DNA from: Candidatus Aenigmatarchaeota archaeon | GTDB taxonomy: Archaea > Aenigmatarchaeota > Aenigmatarchaeia > GW2011-AR5 | Length of the DNA: 39,015 bases | Direction of reading: 5' to 3' | Assembly (NCBI GenBank): GCA_018304565.1 | Contig: JAGVVX010000007.1 | Coordinates: 1 to 39,015, forward strand | Shown: in pieces, positions 7,931 through 15,072 of the stretch | How the letters are laid out: each line of letters starts with the position of its first letter | Numbering within the stretch: the stretch's first letter is position 1 | Notes under the pieces: model-generated | Database searches by the model: none | What the model was told of the DNA's origin: nothing | The model's input: the letters and a program-made list of their open reading frames with translations, nothing else | Program-made: the position numbers and the translations under genes

Positions 7931-9430
7931 ATGTCTAGCGCAGAGAAAATAGAAGACATAGCAAAACGCAAAGGTTTCTTCTGGCTTTCTTCGGAAATAT
8001 ACGGCGGCATGTCGGGTTTCTACGACTATGGCCATCTGGGCGCCTTAATGAAAAGGAAATGGGAAAACCTTTGGCGCAGTTATTTCCTCTCACTTGACGA
8101 TAATTTCTATGAAATATCGCCTGCAACAATAATGCCGGAAGGCGTCTTTGTCGCGTCTGGGCATTTGGAAAGTTTTGTAGACCCCGTTGTAAAATGCAAG
8201 AAATGCGGCCACATGGAACGGGCTGACCATATACTTGAAGAGGAGCTCAAGGAAAACTTTGAGGGCGTATCAAGTGAAGAACTTGAAAAGCTCATAAAGC
8301 AGCACGGGATAAAATGCAGCAAATGTCGGGGCCCTTTGGAAGAAGTAGGCACTCTAAATATGATGTTTCCTCTGAATGTAGGCACAACAAAAGTAACCAA
8401 GGCGTATCTTGTTCCTGAGACAGCCCAGGAAGCTTTTGTGAATTTCAAAAGGCAGTTCGAAGTCTTGAGAAAGCAGCTGCCTTTGGGCCTTGCTGTAGTA
8501 GGAAAAGCCTACAGGAATGAGATATCACCTAGAAACCTTTTGCTGCGCATGCGGGAGTTTACTCAGGCAGAACTTCAGATTTTTTTCGATCATGATAACG
8601 TTGGCGAACATGAAGAATTTGATGAAATAAAAGACTACAAATTGTGTTTATTCCCTACCGCCAACAAACAAACAGGCAAAGTTGAAGAGGTATCTTGTTG
8701 GGCTATTATTGAAAAGATGGACCTGCCAAAATTCTATGTCTATCATCTAGCTAAGATACAGCAGTTCTACTTGGATATACTGAAAATACCAAAAGAAAAA
8801 TTCAGGCTTCGAGAACTGTCTGAAGAAGAACGGGCTTTTTACAATAAAATCCATTGGGATATAGAGGTCGAACTAAATGATCTGGGTTTTAAGGAGTTAG
8901 GCGGTTGCCACTACAGGACCGATCATGATCTAAGCGGCCATCAAAAAATATCAAAACAAGACATGACAGTGAACATAGAAGGAAAAGAAATCCTTGCACA
9001 CGTCCTGGAACTTTCCTTTGGTGTAGACAGGAACATTTACGCCCTGCTTGACATAGCTTATGCCGAGGAAAAAGATCGCACTGTATTAAGGCTTCCTTTT
9101 GGTGCCGCACCTTATGATGCAGCCATACTTCCACTTGTAAATAAAGAAGGCATGCCGGGCCTTGCTGAAAAAATAAAAGATGTCCTGAAAGCGAAAGGCT
9201 TCACCGTATTTTATGACTATTCCGGCTCGATAGGCCGCCGTTATCGCCGTATGGATGAAATAGGCACGCCTTTCTGCATTACAGTAGACACAGGCTCTCT
9301 CAGCAGCAAGGACGTAACTATTCGCGACAGAGATTCAATGAAGCAGATACGGGTAGGAATAGAACACCTTCCAATGGTTTTGGAACAACTGATAAATTAC
9401 AGGATAGAATTCACAGAAGCTGAGAAATGA
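7931..9430 (+). CDS. glyS: Glycyl-tRNA synthetase (archaeal/eukaryal alpha2 type)
   Basis: 499 aa. N-terminal KRKGFFWLSSEIYGGMSGFYDYGHLG signature. Class II motifs. C-terminal anticodon-binding domain pattern. Confidence 0.9.
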   Translation: MSSAEKIEDIAKRKGFFWLSSEIYGGMSGFYDYGHLGALMKRKWENLWRSYFLSLDDNFYEISPATIMPEGVFVASGHLESFVDPVVKCKKCGHMERADHILEEELKENFEGVSSEELEKLIKQHGIKCSKCRGPLEEVGTLNMMFPLNVGTTKVTKAYLVPETAQEAFVNFKRQFEVLRKQLPLGLAVVGKAYRNEISPRNLLLRMREFTQAELQIFFDHDNVGEHEEFDEIKDYKLCLFPTANKQTGKVEEVSCWAIIEKMDLPKFYVYHLAKIQQFYLDILKIPKEKFRLRELSEEERAFYNKIHWDIEVELNDLGFKELGGCHYRTDHDLSGHQKISKQDMTVNIEGKEILAHVLELSFGVDRNIYALLDIAYAEEKDRTVLRLPFGAAPYDAAILPLVNKEGMPGLAEKIKDVLKAKGFTVFYDYSGSIGRRYRRMDEIGTPFCITVDTGSLSSKDVTIRDRDSMKQIRVGIEHLPMVLEQLINYRIEFTEAEK

Positions 9431-9437
9431 GCCTTAA

Positions 9438-10535
9438 CTAACCTTTCATTCTTCCTCTTTTCTTTTGTGTTCTCTGCTTTTCAAACTTCTTGAAGAATTC
9501 CCTTTCCAGATTTTTAAGAGATTGCTGCATGACAGTAACATAATTCCATCCATAAGCCTTTGTCGAGATGAAGGTGCCTAGCTGCGTAGGCAGTTGGGCA
9601 CTCACTGAATATTTTGTTTTGCCGCCCTCTTTCTTATGTCTCTCAACCATAATTTTTAGCGGTTGTATTTCAGTCGCTCTTGATATTTTTTTCAACATGA
9701 TTTCCGCTTCTTTCTGGGTCTTTTCAGCGTGTTCTGCGTCGTTTTTATCTAAACCTGTTATTTGCACATATGCAAATTTCCTTGGCTTGACAAGCATCCG
9801 CAGCACATCCTTGGGAGTTATTATTTTTAACGAGCCGTTTTCGATCAGCACCTCTTCATGCTGCCTTAATTTTTCCAGTATTTGCTCGTTCTTCGCGTTG
9901 GCTTTGAGAACCACCGGTTCCCTCATGATAGCTGTTACAAGTGTTTCATCTATGTTCAGAGATTCTTTGTAACCCCTGTCTTTCATTCTGCCTTCACGCC
10001 CTGCAAATTTCTGTTTGCCTTCGACTATCTTTATGAGTTCTATTGTACCCACCACGCCTACGCATTTTCCGTTGTTTACTACAGGCACCCTTGAAAGATT
10101 TTCGTAAGACATGATATGCTTTACTTTTCCTACGTTATCTTTTTCCTCAACAACAACAGCCTCTTTTCCTTCTAAGCCTGAGTTTATCTTCACGTGCTTG
10201 ATGACATCGTTCTCTGACAAAATTCCGCGCAATTCTGTATCAAAAACCGGCAACGCACGCATATTTGAACCGAGTATAAGCTCTATTGCATCTTCTGTAC
10301 TCGCTTCCGGGGAAATTACAGGACAATAGTTCATGAGGGTAGAAACCTTTGTTGAGGCAGGATCGACCTCTTTTTTCACAATACTTTCGAGTGTTATCAT
10401 TCCAGCCACCTGACTCTTGTTTAGCACAGGCAGCTGGTGAATCTTGTAGTTTTTCATCTTGGCAAGCGCAGATGATACGGGATCATCGACTGAACAAACA
10501 ACAACATTCTTCGCCATTATTTCTTTGACTTTCAT
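9438..10535 (-). CDS. Four-CBS (two Bateman modules) protein with C-terminal RaiA/HPF-like domain
   Basis: Residues 1-250 show four CBS-like repeats (hydrophobic-xx-P-V-hydrophobic cores). Residues ~255-350 follow the beta-alpha-beta-beta-beta-alpha pattern of ribosome hibernation factors (VQITG..., LKIMVERHKK, KYSVSAQL, GTFISTKAYG, SLKNLEREFFKKFEK). Confidence 0.6.
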   Translation of the reverse strand: MKVKEIMAKNVVVCSVDDPVSSALAKMKNYKIHQLPVLNKSQVAGMITLESIVKKEVDPASTKVSTLMNYCPVISPEASTEDAIELILGSNMRALPVFDTELRGILSENDVIKHVKINSGLEGKEAVVVEEKDNVGKVKHIMSYENLSRVPVVNNGKCVGVVGTIELIKIVEGKQKFAGREGRMKDRGYKESLNIDETLVTAIMREPVVLKANAKNEQILEKLRQHEEVLIENGSLKIITPKDVLRMLVKPRKFAYVQITGLDKNDAEHAEKTQKEAEIMLKKISRATEIQPLKIMVERHKKEGGKTKYSVSAQLPTQLGTFISTKAYGWNYVTVMQQSLKNLEREFFKKFEKQRTQKKRGRMKG

Positions 10536-10643
10536 ACTCAGGATACCACCTATCTTTAGATGCTGGAGGAAACCATTAAACCATCAGTAATTACAAGTGG
10601 TTTCCTGGTATCACAACCATCGTTTGAAAACGATGGTTGTGAT
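10536..10643 (-). promoter_or_regulatory. Upstream cassette A (inverted copy of cassette B at 35305-35406), directly abutting the CBS/HPF-like gene start
   Basis: Read toward the gene it has three parts. First, the 16-bp palindrome ATCACAACCATCGTTT/AAACGATGGTTGTGAT plus ACCAGGAAACCAC. Then a ~35-nt variable AT-rich (TATA-like) spacer. Then ATCTAAAGATAGGTGGTATCCTGAGT-ATG. The proximal 26 nt is identical to cassette B, and the distal ~47 nt is near-identical. Confidence 0.7.
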
Positions 10644-10709
10644 GTCAATCATCGTAGCAGATGTATTTCCTCTCTCAGATATAAATAAATTAGTTAGATA
10701 TGAGCTAAA

Positions 10710-10958
10710 ATGACAGTTATTGACGTCAGGCAGACTATTTGCAGGGCAGAAATAGTAGATATCGCAAGAAGGCGCGGTTATTCATACAGGCTATTGGAGC
10801 CCGGAACGGGTGTGCTGATGAAAGGGGAAGACGTTTTGTATCAGGCTTTTACAGGAAGCGACAGCAACGGCTACAGTGTCGTGAGATTGAGATTTTTTGG
10901 CGGAAAAGGAGAAGAAGACAAAGAACTGGAAGGCGAACTATTTTCAATAAACATTTAA
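10710..10958 (+). CDS. Hypothetical protein (82 aa)
   Basis: Balanced composition. ATATAAATAAAT TATA-like box about 25 nt upstream of the ATG. The overlapping frame 10739..10990 is R-rich and looks like an off-frame artefact. No family recognised. Confidence 0.4.
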   Translation: MTVIDVRQTICRAEIVDIARRRGYSYRLLEPGTGVLMKGEDVLYQAFTGSDSNGYSVVRLRFFGGKGEEDKELEGELFSINI

Positions 10959-11000
10959 GATGCCACTTGCCTTCAGGCCGTGGTCATTGAAAAACACCCT

Positions 11001-11609
11001 CTAAGGCTTCATTCTCTGGATGATGTAGTAAGTTGCATCGCCTTCGTTGTCAACAACGGCCCAGAGCATACGTGCGCGGATGTTATGAGCCAGCCTTACG
11101 GAACGCGAAAGTTCCTGGAAAGACAGTGTGTAGTCCTCAGGCACGCAAAACACTATCCATTTTGTGTGCTCTTTTGCACTCTTTGGGCCTTTCTTAAGCT
11201 GTACACCACGTTCATAGACACGGAAATCGCAGCCAAACTTGAAGCCAGTCCGTACTAGAAGCCCGCGCTCTCTTAGGTCTTCGTAAACACGATAGCGCTC
11301 GGGAAACCTCCTATCCAGGTTCCGCGCATGGTCATATAGTTCCTGGAAATTTATCTGTTTCCCGCTTGAAAACACTCTTATTCTTCCTCGCTTAAGAAGC
11401 AGGCAGGCTTCGACCATAGCGAGTTCAAGCCTGTCGCCTATCTGCTTGCCATAGTAACCAGGCTCATAAATCTTTTCAGACCCTTTCCATGCAACAACCT
11501 TGCTTTCTTCCAGCTGCGTGTCTATAATTTCCTTTATTTGTTCAGGTTCTACATAGTCCGGTTTATCTTCCCATTCTTCTAATTCCTTATTCTTTTTACT
11601 CATAATCAT
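11001..11609 (-). CDS. endA: tRNA-splicing endonuclease (EndA), short single-unit form
   Basis: 202 aa. C-terminal catalytic-domain signature RTGFKFGCDFRVYE, then EHTKWIVFCV and RSVRLAHNIR segments typical of archaeal EndA. Confidence 0.85.
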   Translation of the reverse strand: MIMSKKNKELEEWEDKPDYVEPEQIKEIIDTQLEESKVVAWKGSEKIYEPGYYGKQIGDRLELAMVEACLLLKRGRIRVFSSGKQINFQELYDHARNLDRRFPERYRVYEDLRERGLLVRTGFKFGCDFRVYERGVQLKKGPKSAKEHTKWIVFCVPEDYTLSFQELSRSVRLAHNIRARMLWAVVDNEGDATYYIIQRMKP

Positions 11610-11713
11610 CTCTTCAGGATACTCGCAAAGAATTAGGCTCTTGGATTCTACCAGCCCAACTCCTCAGTAATTTAATCAACAGAAAAGCTTAAAATATAAG
11701 CTAAAATGGTCAC

Positions 11714-12487
11714 TTATTCCTTGAGATATTTGCTAAACCACACGTTCATTTCCTTCAAAATCATATTGAGATCCTGTATTTTGTCGCCTATAGAGTGGTC
11801 TGCCCCCTTGATTACAATTAACTTTTTTTGTGATTTGATATTTCTGTAGTACAGTTGTGAATGAGTAACTGGCACAACATCATCTTTATCGCCATGTATG
11901 ACAAGAACAGGACATTTTATTTTCTTTGATAGTCTGCCCATATCATATTTCTGCCTGTCAGTAATGAAATTGTAATTAAGCGGCTTCTTTTTCCTTTTCC
12001 AGCCTTCAGCCCTTACAGCATAATATCTAAAACCAGTTTCTTTCCAACTTTTCATTGCTTCTTTATCACGCATTATTTCCGTGTCGTCTAATCTGAAAGG
12101 TGCTGCAATTGGAACAGCAGCATCTATCTTGTTCAGTGCCGCATATATCATTAGTACATTTCCACCAAGGCTGGTGCCTGCCATACCTATACCCATGGAC
12201 AGCTTCTTCTTTTTCAGAAATTCAACTGCTGCTCTGGTGTCGTCTAGACATTTCGTGACAGTGAAATCTTTGAAATCGCCTTGGCTTTCTCCACAACCAG
12301 AAAAATCAAATCGCAAGGCGACAAAGCCTTTTTTGCTCAAGAACTCGCACCATTCTTCCTTTTTCACTTTACTGCTTGTAAATCCATGACATACGATTAC
12401 AGCCGGCGCCGGCACCTTCTGAGGCAGGTGCAAAATGCCGCAAAGCCTTTCTTTGTGCTTATTCTTGAAGAAAACTTTTTTCTGCAT
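11714..12487 (-). CDS. Alpha/beta hydrolase (dienelactone hydrolase/S9-like), paralog of 37418..38188
   Basis: Nucleophile elbow GTSLGG, HGDKDDVVP acid region, GADH histidine. Start moved to the internal ATG (MQKKVFF), because a TATA-like GTATAAGCAT lies right at the track start and the paralog starts MQKVQF. Confidence 0.8.
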   Translation of the reverse strand: MQKKVFFKNKHKERLCGILHLPQKVPAPAVIVCHGFTSSKVKKEEWCEFLSKKGFVALRFDFSGCGESQGDFKDFTVTKCLDDTRAAVEFLKKKKLSMGIGMAGTSLGGNVLMIYAALNKIDAAVPIAAPFRLDDTEIMRDKEAMKSWKETGFRYYAVRAEGWKRKKKPLNYNFITDRQKYDMGRLSKKIKCPVLVIHGDKDDVVPVTHSQLYYRNIKSQKKLIVIKGADHSIGDKIQDLNMILKEMNVWFSKYLKE

Positions 12488-12566
12488 AAAATCGCCCGGT
12501 TGCCTGTGATTTGTAACTTTGTACTGCAGCTGGGTAGTTCTTGTATCCATAATTATGCTTATACAA

Positions 12567-12704
12567 GGAATACCACCAGCCTTTAGACGGTGATATTATT
12601 AGTGGTATTCCGGTATGCTCAGAAAGCAAAGCTTTCTGGCATGCCAAAATTGCTCTGCAATTTTGAGCATAAGAGGATCCACAAATAAGATTTGTGGATC
12701 CTCT
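12567..12704. promoter_or_regulatory. Palindromic module array in the hydrolase/trmY divergent intergenic region
   Basis: R1 copy at 12567-12616 (GGAATACCAC-N25-GTGGTATTCC-GGTAT, ~85% identical to 7781-7833). Hairpin ATGCTCAGAAAGC-AAA-GCTTTCTGGCAT at 12615-12642. Hairpin CAAAATTGC-TCT-GCAATTTTG at 12645-12665. 16-bp perfect palindrome AAGAGGATCCACAAAT-AAG-ATTTGTGGATCCTCTT at 12670-12704. Confidence 0.65.
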
Positions 12705-12732
12705 TTATAAGCATCTGCGTTATTTTTTAATT

Positions 12733-13332
12733 ATGAGAGAGTTCGTCATGCGTGCGAGGAAGGCAAAGACAAGCCCCGACATAAACCTGGATGAACTGCC
12801 AAAACAAGGAAAGCTTGATTCTGTTTGTGCAACTATAGCAAACGCGCTGTGGATATCTGGCGACGTGCGCAAGGATACAATAATTCATGTTGTTTTGGAA
12901 GGGCCAGCCAATGGACCGAAGGTAGTGAGTTTTTTCGGTAATGAAATAAAGGGCCTGCGCCACGACGAGAGATCGATAGCGTCATATATATCAGAAGCCC
13001 TGAAGAAAGGCGCTTGGCTGAAATTAAACGAAGAGGCAAATGTAAGGTCAGGAATAACTGTGGCAAAGAAAAGTTTTGAAAAGCTCATCTGGGAAAAGAA
13101 AAGCAAAAAGATTTTTGTCTTGGATAAAGATGGAAAGGATATAAGAAAGATGGATTTTCCAGAAGACTTTGTGATCATCTTCGGCTCGGCAGAAGGGCTG
13201 CCGCCGAAGGCAGGGAATTTTTTGAAGGAATTAAAGGCAGAAAAGACAAGCCTTGGGCCGCAAATGCTGTTTGCTGCACACTGCCCCGTAATAGTTCACA
13301 ACGACCTTGACAGAAGGAACCCATCCGTATGA
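12733..13332 (+). CDS. trmY: tRNA (pseudouridine54-N1)-methyltransferase TrmY-like (SPOUT, DUF358 family)
   Basis: N-terminal MREFVMRARKAKTSPDINLDELP..GKLDSVC pattern, LGP....AAHC....H..LD C-terminus, ~200 aa. Start moved to the internal ATG downstream of the palindrome. Confidence 0.75.
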   Translation: MREFVMRARKAKTSPDINLDELPKQGKLDSVCATIANALWISGDVRKDTIIHVVLEGPANGPKVVSFFGNEIKGLRHDERSIASYISEALKKGAWLKLNEEANVRSGITVAKKSFEKLIWEKKSKKIFVLDKDGKDIRKMDFPEDFVIIFGSAEGLPPKAGNFLKELKAEKTSLGPQMLFAAHCPVIVHNDLDRRNPSV

Positions 13333-13361
13333 CCTTTTCTGCATTAAGATTTCATCCAACG

Positions 13362-13610
13362 TTATTTGGATTCTGAGCATCCGTTATTTCGGCACACACA
13401 TGTTAACACAATATCTGGATTATCCGGGCCACATTTAGCTATAGAAGCATATGCAACAGTCGTACATCTATCACAAAACTCTACGCAGTCCGCATCTCTG
13501 TTGCAAGAAAGTGTATTTGTTAAATTCTTTTGCGATCCAGTAGAAAGCGCATAAATTAAAACAACAACTAAGATAGTTATTGCAACAATCACTCCAGTTT
13601 GTTTCTTCAT
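13362..13610 (-). CDS. Small membrane-anchored or secreted cysteine-rich protein (82 aa, 8 Cys)
   Basis: N-terminal hydrophobic helix (GVIVAITILVVVLIYAL) followed by a Cys-rich ~55-aa domain. No family recognised. Confidence 0.5.
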   Translation of the reverse strand: MKKQTGVIVAITILVVVLIYALSTGSQKNLTNTLSCNRDADCVEFCDRCTTVAYASIAKCGPDNPDIVLTCVCRNNGCSESK

Positions 13611-13669
13611 TGTTACTATCTTACAAAACAGAAATATATATATATGTATACAAGATCGAAGTATTGTTT

Positions 13670-14392
13670 ATGATTACTCAAAATACACCTCTTCTTAAAA
13701 TAAATGAAGATATTGCAGAGTTCGTTGGCGCTTTAATTGGAGACGGATATATTTACACTAACAAAAACAAATATATCATAGGATTTACTGGAAATCCTAT
13801 CACAGATAAAGAATATTATGAATATCTAAGAAGATTGATAAATATAGCTTGGAAAAAAGAAGTCAAAATAAAATTAAGAGGGAGAGGCATTAGAATTGTT
13901 ATTAATTCTAAGAATATAGTTAATTTTTTGATAAATGAAATACAAATTAAACACGGAATCAATAAAAGCGAATCTGTAGTAATACCAGAAGTCATGACCA
14001 AAGACTGGAGTTTGACTAAATTAGTAATAAGAGGTATTGTTGATACAGATGGCTCTGTTTTTGTTTCTAAAAAGCCCGGCATAGATATGTACCCTTCTAT
14101 AGAAATTACAACATCGAGCCCTGAATTAGCTTTTCAACTAAGGAATATCCTATTAAGCCGTGGTTTTAGAGTTGCGAAAATATGGAGTTATAAATCTAAA
14201 TTAAGTAAAAGAATTTCTTATAAAGTTCCTCTAAACGGACTTGAAAATGTTGGTAAATGGTTAAAAGAAATAGGCTTTTCCAATCCTTACAAACTGAAAA
14301 GAGCAAAAGAAATATGGGATGGGAGGGATTTGAACCCTCGACATTCCCGACGTAACACAAAAGTGTTATGCTCCACGGTTCCTGCTCAGTAG
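13670..14392 (+). CDS. Free-standing double-motif LAGLIDADG homing endonuclease-like protein
   Basis: Two LAGLIDADG motifs (FVGALIGDGYI and VIRGIVDTDGSV). Start taken at the internal ATG (MITQNTPLL). The last ~25 codons read antisense through the 3' part of the convergent tRNA gene. Confidence 0.85.
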   Translation: MITQNTPLLKINEDIAEFVGALIGDGYIYTNKNKYIIGFTGNPITDKEYYEYLRRLINIAWKKEVKIKLRGRGIRIVINSKNIVNFLINEIQIKHGINKSESVVIPEVMTKDWSLTKLVIRGIVDTDGSVFVSKKPGIDMYPSIEITTSSPELAFQLRNILLSRGFRVAKIWSYKSKLSKRISYKVPLNGLENVGKWLKEIGFSNPYKLKRAKEIWDGRDLNPRHSRRNTKVLCSTVPAQ

Positions 14393-14447
14393 GACTTCAG
14401 CTTCACATCTTTCGATCGTGTGCTCTCCCATGCTGAGCTACCATCCC
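14315..14447 (-). tRNA. Intron-containing tRNA, class II-like (long variable arm); tentative Ser(CGA) with ~50-nt intron at 37/38
   Basis: Minus strand: acceptor GGGATGG/CCATCCC+A. D arm GCTC-AGCATGGGA-GAGC. T arm GAGGG-TTCAAAT-CCCTC. The best anticodon arm is ACACG-AT-CGA-A|intron|T-TGTGT followed by a 15-nt variable arm. The isotype is uncertain: the position-26 spacing is awkward, and discriminator A is unusual for Ser. Confidence 0.65.
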
Positions 14448-14869
14448 TAATTAACTTCAAACGCCTTTTCAATACTCTTTCTCATATCAGGGGATATTTC
14501 AAGGCTCCTAAGCTCGTCTTTCGTTATCCACCTGTATTCTGTATGCTCGTTCGGATCTATCTTTACAGCAAAGCTGTCAGCTTGTATTATAAAATCGCTT
14601 TCAACAGAATCCTTTCCGGCATACTTGTAGTAAAACTCGTTGTATTTCTTGATTATTCTGATTTGTAGTTCCGTTTCCTCTAAAAACTCCCTTACAAGTG
14701 CTTCTTCGTCACTCTCGTTTCCTTCAACCCTTCCGCCAGGTATTTCCCAGAGATTAGGCCAAAGTACCCTTTCTTTTGTCCTTTTGACTACTAGCAATTT
14801 CCCTTTTTGGAACAAGGCACCACCTACTATTCTTGTTGCGGAAGCTTCCTTTCCGCAAGCGCTTTGCAC
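14447..14869 (-). CDS. Nudix hydrolase
   Basis: Nudix box GGRVEGNESDEEALVREFLEETEL. The track ORF (to 15016) has an N-terminal extension that is simply a read-through of a tRNA-like gene. The likely start is GTG at ~14869, or a nearby TTG. Confidence 0.75.
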   Translation of the reverse strand: MQSACGKEASATRIVGGALFQKGKLLVVKRTKERVLWPNLWEIPGGRVEGNESDEEALVREFLEETELQIRIIKKYNEFYYKYAGKDSVESDFIIQADSFAVKIDPNEHTEYRWITKDELRSLEISPDMRKSIEKAFEVN

Positions 14870-14890
14870 GTTTATCCTGTGCAAAGGGCT

Positions 14891-14998
14891 TCTCGAACCG
14901 CCGACCCTCACGTCTCTGTCCTGAGATTTATCTGTGTCCCGAAGAACTCCGTTCTTCAAGATAACAGCGTGATGCTCTACCTGCTGAGCTATCGAGGC
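14891..14998 (-). tRNA. tRNA-Asn(GTT)-like 5' portion (acceptor 5' strand through T-loop, with ~48-nt intron at 37/38) lacking any 3' T-stem/acceptor strand; split-tRNA half or relic
   Basis: Minus strand: GCCTCGA-TA-GCTC-AGCAGGTA-GAGC-A-TCACG-CTGTTA|intron|A-CGTGA-GGGTC-GGCGG-TTCGAG, then AAGCCCTTT... The expected CCGCC-TCGAGGC is not found in the following ~450 nt or elsewhere in the window by eye. Confidence 0.55.
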
Positions 14999-15020
14999 AT
15001 GACTATTAGTTTTCATAAGG

Positions 15021-15032
15021 AATATTTAAAAA
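15021..15032 (-). promoter_or_regulatory. TATA-like box upstream of the tRNA-Asn-like element
   Basis: Minus strand TTTTTAAATATT centred about 27-30 nt upstream of the tRNA-like 5' end. This implies the element is transcribed, probably together with the Nudix gene and the next tRNA. Confidence 0.4.
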
Positions 15033-15072
15033 GTGCTAAAGAAGTATGGCATCTGCCGGAGTTCTACTTTTT

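Noticed and set aside
10739-10990. 83-aa Arg-rich ORF overlapping 10710..10958 in another frame
   Set aside because: The extreme R/K/Q composition is typical of an off-frame translation. The other frame gives a balanced protein and has a TATA-like box at the right distance.
14316-14392. C-terminal tails of the two LAGLIDADG ORFs (also 32213-32285) as functional protein extensions
   Set aside because: The homologous core of both proteins ends before the tRNA overlap, and the two tails are unrelated to each other. They are dictated by the antisense tRNA sequence and are most simply read-through to the first available stop. The overlap itself is reported as a finding.
14870-15016. N-terminal 49 codons of the 189-aa track ORF (MKTNSHASIAQQVEHH...) as part of the Nudix protein
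   Set aside because: This stretch is the sense-strand read-through of a tRNA-like gene: AGCTCAGCAGGTAGAGC translates to IAQQVE. The Nudix domain begins after it, so the CDS was shortened to a GTG/TTG start.
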